In this document: positions 27,609 to 35,770 of the stretch, one piece after another | Position numbering within the stretch: position 1 is the first letter of the stretch | Layout: every line of letters begins with the position of its first letter | Source: a bacterium | GTDB lineage: Bacteria; ARS69 | NCBI GenBank assembly: GCA_041393395.1 | Contig: JAWKKG010000002.1 | Coordinates: 124,468 to 188,467, forward strand | Reading direction: 5' to 3' | DNA: 64,000 nucleotides | The notes under the pieces: model-generated | Databases searched by the model: none | What the model saw: the letters and a program-made list of their open reading frames with translations, nothing else | Told to the model about the DNA's origin: nothing | Program-made: the position numbers and the translations under genes

Positions 27609-27705
27609 AGCGCCGGGAGCGCAGGCCGCCGGCAGCGCGACGCGGCGTCTGGCGGCGCGCAGGCCGCCGGCAGCGCGACGCGACATCTGGCGGCGCGCAG
27701 GCAAC
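27609..27705. repeat. 41-bp tandem direct repeat, about 2.3 copies, between convergent genes
   Basis: CGCAGGCCGCCGGCAGCGCGACGCG(G/A)C(G/A)TCTGGCGGCG appears twice, then a partial CGCAGGCAACAGG. Confidence 0.6.
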
Positions 27706-27759
27706 AGGAAAGGAATCGACGAGATGCGCGAGAAGGATCGATCGGGGCGGAGGACGAGG

Positions 27760-28566
27760 TCAGGACGTACCGGCACGATCCTGGCGGTCCGTCCCGTCGG
27801 GATCGCCCGGCGCGTGGGGCGAACGGCGCCGGAGCGTCGCGACGAGCGCGGTGATCGTGGCGGGCGTCGTGCCGCAGCAGCCGCCGACCGCGTGGAGGAA
27901 CGCCCCGCTGCCGTCGAGCGCGCGAGCGAAGGACTCGGGAGTCTCCGGCCAGCGTCCGTTCCGGGGAAGGCCGGCGTTCGCCTTGATCCACAGCGGGGCG
28001 CCGAGCGCATCGGCGACCGTTCGGCCGACGTCGACCGCCACGTGCACGGGAGTGCAGCTCACGCCGGGAAGTGCGCCGGCGTCCGCGAGGGCGCGGGCGG
28101 CATCGAGCGCGGTCGTGCCGTCGGGCAGGCGACCGTCCGCCGAGACCACGACGCCGGCCCAGATCGGCACGTGCGGCATCGCCTCCCGCGCCCCGGCGAC
28201 GAGCACGAGCGCATCCCGGAGAGCGACCTGGGTCTCGACGAGGACGAGATCCGGGGCGACGACCCGGAGGACCTCGAGCTCGCGCGCGGATGCGGGGAAC
28301 GGCCCGACGCTCGCGGCCACGCGGGTCGTCGGCGCGCCGGCGGCCACGACGCCGGCCCGCGCGAGCCCGAACGCGCGCACTGCGTCGGCGACGTCGCCGA
28401 ACGTGTTCGCCGTGATCACTTCCGCGCCGGCACGAACGTAGTCGCGCGCCACCGCGGCGACGTCGTCCGGCGCGGACTCGTTCGCCGCGACGGACGTGCC
28501 CGCGAACGTCACACCGCGCGCGCGCAGCAGCGTTCCCGTCGCACCGTCCAGGATCACGGGAGACAT
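27760..28566 (-). CDS. Homocysteine S-methyltransferase-family protein (Hcy-binding domain; MmuM/BHMT/MetH-N-terminus-like)
   Basis: 268 aa. Contains the C-terminal Zn-ligand motif ...HAVGGCCGTTPA. Start chosen at ATG 28566, because the 28632 start would overlap the divergent JAMM gene. Confidence 0.7.
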   Translation of the reverse strand: MSPVILDGATGTLLRARGVTFAGTSVAANESAPDDVAAVARDYVRAGAEVITANTFGDVADAVRAFGLARAGVVAAGAPTTRVAASVGPFPASARELEVLRVVAPDLVLVETQVALRDALVLVAGAREAMPHVPIWAGVVVSADGRLPDGTTALDAARALADAGALPGVSCTPVHVAVDVGRTVADALGAPLWIKANAGLPRNGRWPETPESFARALDGSGAFLHAVGGCCGTTPATITALVATLRRRSPHAPGDPDGTDRQDRAGTS

Positions 28567-28601
28567 CGCGGCACCCCGGCGTTCGGTGGGAGGAGACGGG
28601 C

Positions 28602-29078
28602 TTGCTGAAAATCCCCGAGGCGCTGCACGCATCGATCGGACATCACGGCGCGCTCGCCTATCCGCACGAGTGCTGCGGCGCGATGCTCGGATGTGCGACG
28701 CCGGAGGGGAAGACCGTGACCCGGCTCGAGTCGCTCGAGAACGCGGATACGGAGGCCGCGGATCGCCGCTTTCTCGTGACGGATCGGGACTACGTGCGTC
28801 TCGAACGACTGGCGGCCGAGCTCGGTCTCGATCTGCTGGGGTTCTATCACTCGCATCCGGATCACCCGTCGCGGCCGTCGCGGACCGATCTGGAGCACGC
28901 GTTTCCGTGGTTTTCCTATGTCATCGTGGCGATCGAGCGGGGCGTGCCTTCGACCCTCACGTCGTGGGTGCTGGAGGAGGATCGCAGTGCGTTCCGCGCC
29001 GAGGCCATCGAACGAACCGCGGGTCCCTCCGGGCCCGAGCCGACCGCCGAAGGAGCCTCGCCATGCCACGAATCCTGA
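28602..29078 (+). CDS. JAMM/MPN+ metalloprotease (Mov34 family; Mec/HcyD/QbsD-like)
   Basis: TTG start with GGGAGGAG RBS. JAMM motif E...HSHPDHPSRPSRTD (HxHx7Sx2D). Confidence 0.8.
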   Translation: MLKIPEALHASIGHHGALAYPHECCGAMLGCATPEGKTVTRLESLENADTEAADRRFLVTDRDYVRLERLAAELGLDLLGFYHSHPDHPSRPSRTDLEHAFPWFSYVIVAIERGVPSTLTSWVLEEDRSAFRAEAIERTAGPSGPEPTAEGASPCHES

Positions 29079-29347
29079 TCCCGACTCCGCTTCGACCGTA
29101 CGTGGAACATCAACCCGCCGTCGAGGTCGAAGGCGCGACGGTGGGGGAGGCCCTGAAGGATCTCGTGCGCCGTCACGCCGCGGTCGCGCGTCACCTGCTC
29201 GACGAGACGGGGGCGATCCGCAGTTTCGTGAACGTCTACGTCAACGACGAGGACATCCGTCACCTGCAGCGGACGGAGACGTCGCTGGCCGGGACCGACA
29301 CGATCTCGATCGTGCCGTCCGTCGCCGGCGGTCGGGAGGTCCGGTGA
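29063..29347 (+). CDS. ThiS/MoaD/CysO-family sulfur-carrier protein with a 4-residue extension after the Gly-Gly (...VAGG-REVR)
   Basis: 94 aa, GAAGGAG RBS, beta-grasp pattern. The diglycine is not C-terminal, so proteolytic maturation is needed before use. Confidence 0.75.
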   Translation: MPRILIPTPLRPYVEHQPAVEVEGATVGEALKDLVRRHAAVARHLLDETGAIRSFVNVYVNDEDIRHLQRTETSLAGTDTISIVPSVAGGREVR

Positions 29348-30495
29348 TGGCGCGGCTCACTCCCGAGGAGATCCGCCGGTACTCGCGTCACCTGATCATG
29401 CCGGAGGTCGGGCTCGCCGGACAGGAGCGCCTGAAGGACGCGCGCGTCCTTTGCGTGGGTACGGGCGGCCTCGGGTCGCCGCTCGCGCTGTACCTCGCCG
29501 CGGCCGGTGTCGGCACGATCGGTCTCGTGGACTTCGACGAGGTCGACGAGTCGAACCTGCAGCGCCAGATCATCCACGGCACGTCGGACGTCGGTCGTCG
29601 CAAGGTCGTGTCCGCGCGCGAGACGATTCGCGAGATCAACCCCAACGTGCACGTCGAGCTCTACGAGACGCGGCTCTCGTCCTCGAACGCACTCGACATC
29701 CTCGCGTCGTTCGACGTGATCGCCGACGGGACGGACAATTTCCCGACCCGCTATCTCGTGAACGACGCGTGTGTCCTGCTCGGCAAGCCGAACGCCTACG
29801 GCTCGATCTTCCGCTTCGAGGGGCAGGCGTCCGTGTTCTGTCATCCGGAGGGACCGTGCTATCGGTGTCTGTATCCCGAGCCGCCGCCGCCCGGCCTCGT
29901 CCCGAGCTGCGCGGAGGGCGGAGTTCTCGGGATCCTGCCCGGCACGATCGGCCTCGTGCAGGCGACGGAGGTCATCAAGCTCGTGCTCGGCATCGGCGAG
30001 ACGCTCGTCGGGCGCCTGATGCTGTACGATGCGCTCTCCATGAAGTTTCGCGAGATGCGGGTGCGTCGCGACCCGGCCTGTCCGGTGTGCGGCGAGAACC
30101 CGTCGATTCGCGACCTCATCGACTACGACGAGTTCTGCGGCATCCCCGAATGGGAGGAGTCTCAGCGCGTGGATTCGGATTGGGAGATCGGCGCGACCGA
30201 GGTCCACGAACGCCGGCTTCGAGGCGAGGATCTCTTCCTGCTCGACGTTCGCAACCCGGACGAGTTCTCGCTCTGCCGGATCGAGGGCTCGCACCTGCTC
30301 CCGTTGCCGCACTTGCTGGACGGGGTCTCCGAGCTCGACTCGGCGCGCGAGATCATCGTCTACTGCCGCACCGGCATCCGGTCGGCGCAGGCCGTGAACG
30401 TGCTGCGGGACATGGGCTTCCGCAAGGCGAAGAACCTCCGGGGTGGCATTCACGCCTGGTCGGCGGAGGTCGATCCGTCGATTCCGCGATACTAG
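29347..30495 (+). CDS. moeZ: Adenylyltransferase/sulfurtransferase MoeZ (ThiF/MoeB E1-like domain fused to a C-terminal rhodanese domain)
   Basis: ATG overlaps the ThiS-like stop. Nucleotide-binding VGTGGLGSP, Zn-binding CxxC pairs (CYRC...CPVC), and rhodanese active-site CRTGIRS. 382 aa. Confidence 0.9.
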   Translation: MARLTPEEIRRYSRHLIMPEVGLAGQERLKDARVLCVGTGGLGSPLALYLAAAGVGTIGLVDFDEVDESNLQRQIIHGTSDVGRRKVVSARETIREINPNVHVELYETRLSSSNALDILASFDVIADGTDNFPTRYLVNDACVLLGKPNAYGSIFRFEGQASVFCHPEGPCYRCLYPEPPPPGLVPSCAEGGVLGILPGTIGLVQATEVIKLVLGIGETLVGRLMLYDALSMKFREMRVRRDPACPVCGENPSIRDLIDYDEFCGIPEWEESQRVDSDWEIGATEVHERRLRGEDLFLLDVRNPDEFSLCRIEGSHLLPLPHLLDGVSELDSAREIIVYCRTGIRSAQAVNVLRDMGFRKAKNLRGGIHAWSAEVDPSIPRY

Positions 30496-30496
30496 T

Positions 30497-30555
30497 TGCG
30501 GGTTCGCGGGTTCGCGGGTTCGCGGGTCTACGGGTCCGCGGGTCCGCGGCGCCGC
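30497..30555. repeat. Tandem octamer microsatellite, (GCGGGTTC)n-like, about 7 units
   Basis: ttGCGGGTTCGCGGGTTCGCGGGTTCGCGGGTCTACGGGTCCGCGGGTCCGCGG, immediately after the moeZ stop. Confidence 0.7.
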
Positions 30556-30767
30556 CGTTCCGCCGAAACCGCCGTCTCGGAGAGTCTCCCGAGAACAGCC
30601 CGAGGACGTTCTTCCGGGCCGGATATAGCAACGGGCTTGCCTTCGAGCCGTTCCTGGCGCATGATCAAGCGCTCGGCAGACTTCGGTTCGCCGGGCGTCC
30701 GAAGGGCGGATCCGGCCCCGCCCAATCCCCTCGGACTCACCTGCCGGCCAGGCCAGGAGGACGCGCC

Positions 30768-31142
30768 TTGGCCCGCGTGCTGGTGATCGATGACGACGTG
30801 CAGGTGCAAAACATGCTCGCCCAGATGCTCGGCCAGCTCCGACTCGGGGTCCTGACCGCCTCCGACGGCATTGACGGCGTCGCCCAGGCGCGAACGCAGT
30901 CCCCGGATCTCGTGATCGCCGACATCTACATGCCCGACGGGGACGGGATCTCCACGATCCTGGCCATTCGCGAGTTCGATCCGAGTGTTCCCATCGTCGC
31001 GCTCTCGGGCGGAGGACGGATGAAGTCCTTCGATCTCCTCGAGGCGTCCGCGGCCGCGGGGGCGAATCGAACGATGCGCAAGCCGGTCGATCTGGAAGAG
31101 CTCCTCGACGTCGTGCACGAGCTTCTGCCGTCCTGGCGTTGA
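30768..31142 (+). CDS. Single-domain CheY-like response regulator (receiver domain only)
   Basis: TTG start with CAGGAGGA 6 nt upstream. LVIDDD...DLVIADIYMPDGDG...VALSG... carry the phospho-acceptor Asp and the conserved Lys. Confidence 0.75.
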   Translation: MARVLVIDDDVQVQNMLAQMLGQLRLGVLTASDGIDGVAQARTQSPDLVIADIYMPDGDGISTILAIREFDPSVPIVALSGGGRMKSFDLLEASAAAGANRTMRKPVDLEELLDVVHELLPSWR

Positions 31143-31392
31143 CGGCCCGCGGGTGAGCGCTCCGCGCCGCCCAACCGGGTAGGCGCGGCCGAGCCGCCGC
31201 CCGATCGGGTGGATGCGCTGTGTTGCCCGCTCCGGTGAGAGAACGCCGCTGGTTCGGGTCGACCTGGGGCCCGCACCGGCGAGCGTCCGGCTGAGATCGC
31301 CGCCCCCCGGGCCCCCGGCTGTCGTCCGCGGCGGCCGCGCCTTCCACCTGCCGGGGGGGCGTCCGCGTCCACATCTGCCGGCTCGGGCCGGA

Positions 31393-31468
31393 ACGCCGCG
31401 TCTCGCGCCCGGGGCCCCGCGTCTCGCCCGGGCCCCGCGTCTCGCCCGGAGCCCCGCGTCTCGCCCAC
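31393..31468. repeat. About 19-bp tandem repeat, 4 copies (CCCCGCGTCTCGCCCGGGG-like)
   Basis: cgcgtctcgcgcccggggccccgcgtctcgcccgggccccgcgtctcgcccggagccccgcgtctcgcccaccc. Confidence 0.65.
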
Positions 31469-31511
31469 CCGTTCCTGCCCCCGATGTTTCTCTCGAGCCC
31501 TGGACGTCTGC

Positions 31512-31535
31512 TACCGATATGATATCATATCGGTA
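31512..31535. promoter_or_regulatory. Perfect 24-bp AT-rich palindrome TACCGATATGATATCATATCGGTA, a candidate operator (possibly overlapping a -10), 31 bp upstream of the SPFH gene
   Basis: It is exactly self-complementary and strikingly AT-rich in a roughly 70% GC background. Confidence 0.45.
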
Positions 31536-31565
31536 TCGCATTCCGACGCGAAGGAGGATCGTTCG

Positions 31566-32435
31566 ATGACCAGGGAAACAGTTTCGAAGCCGGCTTCCGG
31601 CGGATTGATGGTCGTGCTGCTGTTCGCGTTGCTCGCTCTTTCCGTCGCGCTCCTGATCGGGGGCGGTTCGAGCAGTTCCCCGCCGATCATCGTGGCCGGT
31701 GTGCTCGGCATTCTCCTGACGGTCCTGCTCGTGAACGGCTTCCTCGTCGTCCAGCCGAACCAGGCGGCGGCGCTCGTCTTCTTCGGGAAGTACGTCGGTT
31801 CCGTGAAGACGAACGGATTCTTCTGGGTCAATCCGTTCATCGTGAAGAAGAAGGTATCGCTTCGAGCCCGCAACCTGAACGGCGAGCGGTTGAAGGTCAA
31901 CGATCGGGCGGGGAACCCGATCGAGATCGCGGCCGTCGTCGTGTGGCAGGTTCAGAACACCGCCCAGTGCCTGTTCGACGTGGACGACTACGTCGAGTAC
32001 GTCAAGACCCAGAGCGAGTCGGCGGTGCGTCACCTCGCCACGTCGTATCCCTACGACTCCGCCGATGCGGCGGGCGAGCATTCACTCCGGGGCGACATCG
32101 AGGTCGTGAGTGGTCAACTCGAGCGCGAGCTCGCGGAACGCCTCTCGCGAGCGGGAGTCGACGTCCTGGAAGCGCGTCTCTCGCACCTCGCCTACGCACC
32201 GGAGATCGCCGGTGCGATGCTGCAGCGTCAGCAGGCGGACGCGATCATCGCCGCGCGCGCGAAGATCGTGGACGGCGCTGTGGGCATGGTCGAGGACGCG
32301 CTGAATCATCTCGGTCAGCGGCAGATCGTCGAGCTGGACGACGAGCGCAAGGCCCAGATGGTGATGAATCTCCTGGTGGTGCTGTGCGGTCACGCCGACG
32401 CGCAGCCGGTGCTCAACGCGGGCTCGATGTACTAG
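31566..32435 (+). CDS. SPFH/Band-7 (stomatin/prohibitin-like) membrane protein
   Basis: GAAGGAGGA RBS, N-terminal TM helix, SPFH core, coiled-coil C-terminus; 289 aa. Confidence 0.85.
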   Translation: MTRETVSKPASGGLMVVLLFALLALSVALLIGGGSSSSPPIIVAGVLGILLTVLLVNGFLVVQPNQAAALVFFGKYVGSVKTNGFFWVNPFIVKKKVSLRARNLNGERLKVNDRAGNPIEIAAVVVWQVQNTAQCLFDVDDYVEYVKTQSESAVRHLATSYPYDSADAAGEHSLRGDIEVVSGQLERELAERLSRAGVDVLEARLSHLAYAPEIAGAMLQRQQADAIIAARAKIVDGAVGMVEDALNHLGQRQIVELDDERKAQMVMNLLVVLCGHADAQPVLNAGSMY

Positions 32436-32475
32436 ATCGACCCGCGCGAGCGACGCGAGCGGAGGGGAGGGGAAC

Positions 32476-32661
32476 GTGCCGAAGCGGAAGGCCTACCTGC
32501 TCCGGATCCCGCCGGATCTGTGGGAAGAGATCAGCCGCTGGGCGGCCGACGACCTCCGAAGCGTCAACGGCCACATCGAGTGGGTGCTGCGGGAAGCGGT
32601 GCGGCGGCGCCGCGCTCCCGGCCGACGGGACGACCCACCGCCGGCGTCGCGCGAAGAGTGA
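32476..32661 (+). CDS. Small Arc/MetJ-type ribbon-helix-helix DNA-binding protein
   Basis: GTG start with GGAGGGGAGGGGAAC upstream; 61 aa; high GC3. MPKRKAYLLRIPPDLWEEISRWAADDLRSVNGHIEWVLREAV matches the Arc-family pattern. Confidence 0.55.
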   Translation: MPKRKAYLLRIPPDLWEEISRWAADDLRSVNGHIEWVLREAVRRRRAPGRRDDPPPASREE

Positions 32662-32674
32662 CGTGCACTCTCGA

Positions 32675-33541
32675 TCAGTTGTCGCCGCAGGGGTTCGAGA
32701 ACGTGGACATGTCGGCGGTGCAGCTCATCCCCTCGAAGGAGTAGGTCAAGCCGCCCTCCCCGTCGAACGAGACGTCGACCGGAACGCCGGGTCCGCGGTC
32801 GAAGCCGAACCCCCCGAACGATCCGATCTCGTAGGTCCCGCTCGGATACCGGTCGAACCGCGGTGACGCGGTGTCGTCGAAGCCGTAGTCCAGGGCGACT
32901 TCCTGCACGAACGTGACGTTGCCCGCCTCCTCGAAGCGGACCGTCCCGCGCTGCCGGACGAGCCCCGGACCGCCCGCCCGATCGCCATCGAGGGTGCAAA
33001 CGAGCGCGCCGGTCGGCGTGGTCACCTCGAGATCGATCCCGATGTCGGACGGGAGCTGCACCGTGAGCCCCTTCGGCGTGGCCGTCGCGAAGTCGAACGG
33101 CATGAAGATCGTGTACTGCAGCCCGGGCGAGGTCTCCACGAGCGTCACGAACAGCGCGGCTTCCACTTCCGTGTTCGTCGACACCACCAGCGGCAGCGGG
33201 GTTCCGCAGTCGATCTGGAAATCCGTGAACGTGACGCGGTAGGTGAGCGGATCGGAGTCCTGCGCGTCGGTGACGATCGCTCGCCCGATCCCGCAATCGG
33301 AGTTGATCTGCACCGGCGTCGTGCCGCCCCCGTCGTGGATCTCGACGACCGTCTCCGCGAACGTGTTCAGCAGGTTGTAGATCCCGGTGAACACGATGGC
33401 GGACTGGAAAATCGAGTCCGCGTTGAGCACGCCATTGTCCTGGGGAGTGACCGGTCCGCGCTGATCGTCGCAGGCCGGAGCGGCCAGGAGCACGAGGGCC
33501 GAGAAGAGGAACGGTCCCAGGGCGCGGCGGACTCGATTCAT
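32675..33541 (-). CDS. Lipoprotein of unknown function
   Basis: Start set at ATG 33541. Lipobox LLAAPAC. 288 aa, Thr/Gly-rich. Confidence 0.6.
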   Translation of the reverse strand: MNRVRRALGPFLFSALVLLAAPACDDQRGPVTPQDNGVLNADSIFQSAIVFTGIYNLLNTFAETVVEIHDGGGTTPVQINSDCGIGRAIVTDAQDSDPLTYRVTFTDFQIDCGTPLPLVVSTNTEVEAALFVTLVETSPGLQYTIFMPFDFATATPKGLTVQLPSDIGIDLEVTTPTGALVCTLDGDRAGGPGLVRQRGTVRFEEAGNVTFVQEVALDYGFDDTASPRFDRYPSGTYEIGSFGGFGFDRGPGVPVDVSFDGEGGLTYSFEGMSCTADMSTFSNPCGDN

Positions 33542-33840
33542 GGGAGGACTCCGGGTTCGCGAGGTATCGACGCACGCGTACAGTCCATCATCCTTAGCAA
33601 AAGGGCGGGGAGATGTCCAGTCGGGCGGAACCGACGTGATTGCAAGGGCTTGGGGACCACCGACGGTCGAGCCGGGACGCGCTTTCGCCCCGGGGCGGTC
33701 GGGCGGGCGGGCGACGCGGGCACCCGACGCGCGAAGAGCCGCCGTCTGGCGACTGGCGGCACGCGGGGGCCCGGAGAACGGCCTCGGCCCGAGTCCGACT
33801 CGCGAGGTCGGTCGAGCGCGGCTCGGTCGCCCGGGCGCCG

Positions 33841-33950
33841 GTCGACCGCCCACTCGGTCCGCGGGGGCGGTCAACCGCCACTCCGTGCGCGGGCCGATCG
33901 ATCGCCACTCGCCCCGCCCCGGCGCCGGTCGACAGCCCACCCGGCGGTTC
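33841..33950. repeat. Degenerate tandem repeats of about 28 bp (GGTCGACCGCCCACTCGGTCCGCGGGGGC-like, about 4 units) in a 508-bp divergent intergenic region
   Basis: ggtcgaccgcccactcggtccgcgggggcggtcaaccgccactccgtgcgcgggccgatcgatcgccactcgccccgccccggcgccggtcgacagcccacccggcgg. Confidence 0.5.
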
Positions 33951-34048
33951 GTAGATTGAAGGCCCGCCACGCTTCGCCGGGAGACCAGCGGCGCTTCGTT
34001 GGAGGCTTCGCCGGGCAGCGCCGGTGGTGTTTCGATGGGGAGGTCACG

Positions 34049-34576
34049 ATGTCGCTTCGCATGATCGCCCGGCTCGGGAATCCCGTGCTCCTTCGCCCGG
34101 CCGCTCCCATTGATCCCGCCCTCGTCGGGGCGAAGGACTTCCAACGTCTCGTGGACGACATGATCGAAACGATGATGGAGGCGCCCGGCGTGGGACTGGC
34201 CGCCCCGCAAGTCCACGAATCGATTCGCCTGTTCGTGATGGACCCGGGCGATCGCGACGACACCGACGTGGGACTCGAGGTCCTCGTGAACCCGAGCCTG
34301 TCCGTCCCGGAGGACGGCGACCACCTGTCGCTGTGGGAAGGGTGTCTTTCCATCCCGGGGATTCGCGGACAGACGCTGCGCCACGCGGCCGTCGACGTCG
34401 AGTACCTCGACCGCAACGGGGAGCCGAGACGTCGTCGCTTCGAGGGGTTTGCGGCCGCGGTCGTTCAGCACGAATATGACCATCTGGACGGCGTGCTGTT
34501 CTTGAAGCGGATGCCGGACCTGTCGCTTCTCGCGTTCGACGATCAGTACGCTCGTTGGTTTGATTGTGGTTCGTAG
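34049..34576 (+). CDS. def: Peptide deformylase
   Basis: Motifs GCLSIPG and HEYDHLDG, plus Gly-rich motif 1; 175 aa. The upstream part of the 33335 ORF is rejected. Confidence 0.9.
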   Translation: MSLRMIARLGNPVLLRPAAPIDPALVGAKDFQRLVDDMIETMMEAPGVGLAAPQVHESIRLFVMDPGDRDDTDVGLEVLVNPSLSVPEDGDHLSLWEGCLSIPGIRGQTLRHAAVDVEYLDRNGEPRRRRFEGFAAAVVQHEYDHLDGVLFLKRMPDLSLLAFDDQYARWFDCGS

Positions 34577-35770
34577 TCTGTGTTTGGCCCGGATCTTTCA
34601 TTGGTCCGGGGCATGTCATCAGATGCCTCCGCGCTCCGGCCGCCGTTCTGTCCCAACTCGAATTGCCCAAATCATTGGGCCAGAACCACTTGGGCCTATC
34701 GGAAGATAGGCTTCTCATCGCCGGATCGACGCGGGTGTAAACACCAGAGGTATCAATGCAAGTTCTGTCGGCGCGCCTTCAGTTTACAGTCGTTCCGTTC
34801 CACCTACTGGATGAAGCGGCCGGACCTACTCGTTCCTGTCTTCCTGCGGCTCGTGGGGTGCTCGGGTTACCGACAGATCGCGAGAGAACTGCGTGTTTCC
34901 CATACCACGATCATGCGAATCGCCGAGAGACTCGGTAGGCATTGCTTGCTCTACCAGTGGCAGCACGTGCGCGATCTGAAGCTGTCCGAGATCGTCGTCA
35001 TCGACGGTTTCGAGAGCTTTGCCCACTCGCAGTTCTATCCCTGCCATCTGAACCTCGCGGTCGGGGCGGAGAGCCACTTCACCTACGCGTTTGCTGAGGC
35101 TGAGCTCCGCCGCAAGGGCACCATGACCGTCTGGCAGAAGCACCGGAGAGCCGAGCTCGAGCGGCAGCACGGTCGCCCGGACCCGAAAGCGATCGAGAAG
35201 AGCGTTGCGGAACTGGTTGCGATGCTGCCTTCGTCGACCGGGGTGCTCTCCGTACGCACCGATGAGCATCCGGCGTACCCCCGGGCGTTTCGTCGCAGCG
35301 GGCGACGGATTCAGCACATGAAGACGTCGTCGGCGGAGGCACGAGTTCCCTCGAACCCCTTGTTCCCCGTCAACCTGGCAGATCTTCTCATCCGGCATTC
35401 GGGCGCGAACCACAAACGAGAGACGATTGCCTTCTCGAAGACCCTCCAAAGTGCCGTGGAGCGATTGGCGATCTTTGTGGTGTGGCGGAATTTCGCGAAG
35501 TCGTTCTCGGAAAAGGTGCAGGACGCCACCCCGGCCATGCGGCTCGGGGTGGCTCGCGCGAAACGGTCTGTGGAGGAGATACTCGGTTCCCGCCTGTTCG
35601 TGTCCAAGACGGTGTTGCCAGGGCGTTGGGGAGGCTACTACCGTCGCGAGGTGGTGACGCTCCCGCGGGGTCTGTCACGACCGCACCGACTGCAGTACGC
35701 CGACTGAGTCTCGCGCCGTTCCGATGCCGACCGGCGGACGAGCTTCGGACACAGTTTCCGAACCACAATC
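34562..35770 (+). mobile_element. Insertion sequence of about 1.2 kb, IS1595-like, with imperfect roughly 24-bp terminal inverted repeats
   Basis: IRL GATTGTGGTTCGTAGTCTGTGTTTGG (34562..); IRR is the reverse complement of GATTGTGGTTCGGAAACTGTGTCC (..35770). It carries a single transposase ORF. The ends abut or overlap the stop codons of def and of the convergent 35770..37932 gene. Confidence 0.6.
34580..35707 (+). CDS. DDE transposase with N-terminal zinc-ribbon and HTH (IS1595-family-like)
   Basis: CPNSNCPNH...CKHQRYQCKFC zinc ribbon; HTH ...GYRQIARELRVSHTTIMRIAERL; DDE-like EIVVIDGFES...DEHPAYP...NLADLLIRHSGANHKRETIAFSKTLQSAVERLAIFVVWRNF. The ATG at 34613 is an alternative start. Confidence 0.75.
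   Translation: MFGPDLSLVRGMSSDASALRPPFCPNSNCPNHWARTTWAYRKIGFSSPDRRGCKHQRYQCKFCRRAFSLQSFRSTYWMKRPDLLVPVFLRLVGCSGYRQIARELRVSHTTIMRIAERLGRHCLLYQWQHVRDLKLSEIVVIDGFESFAHSQFYPCHLNLAVGAESHFTYAFAEAELRRKGTMTVWQKHRRAELERQHGRPDPKAIEKSVAELVAMLPSSTGVLSVRTDEHPAYPRAFRRSGRRIQHMKTSSAEARVPSNPLFPVNLADLLIRHSGANHKRETIAFSKTLQSAVERLAIFVVWRNFAKSFSEKVQDATPAMRLGVARAKRSVEEILGSRLFVSKTVLPGRWGGYYRREVVTLPRGLSRPHRLQYAD

Noticed and set aside
28566-28632. Longer start for the homocysteine methyltransferase (MRAAPRGF...)
   Set aside because: It would overlap the divergent JAMM gene start and leave no promoter space. The internal ATG at 28566 is used.
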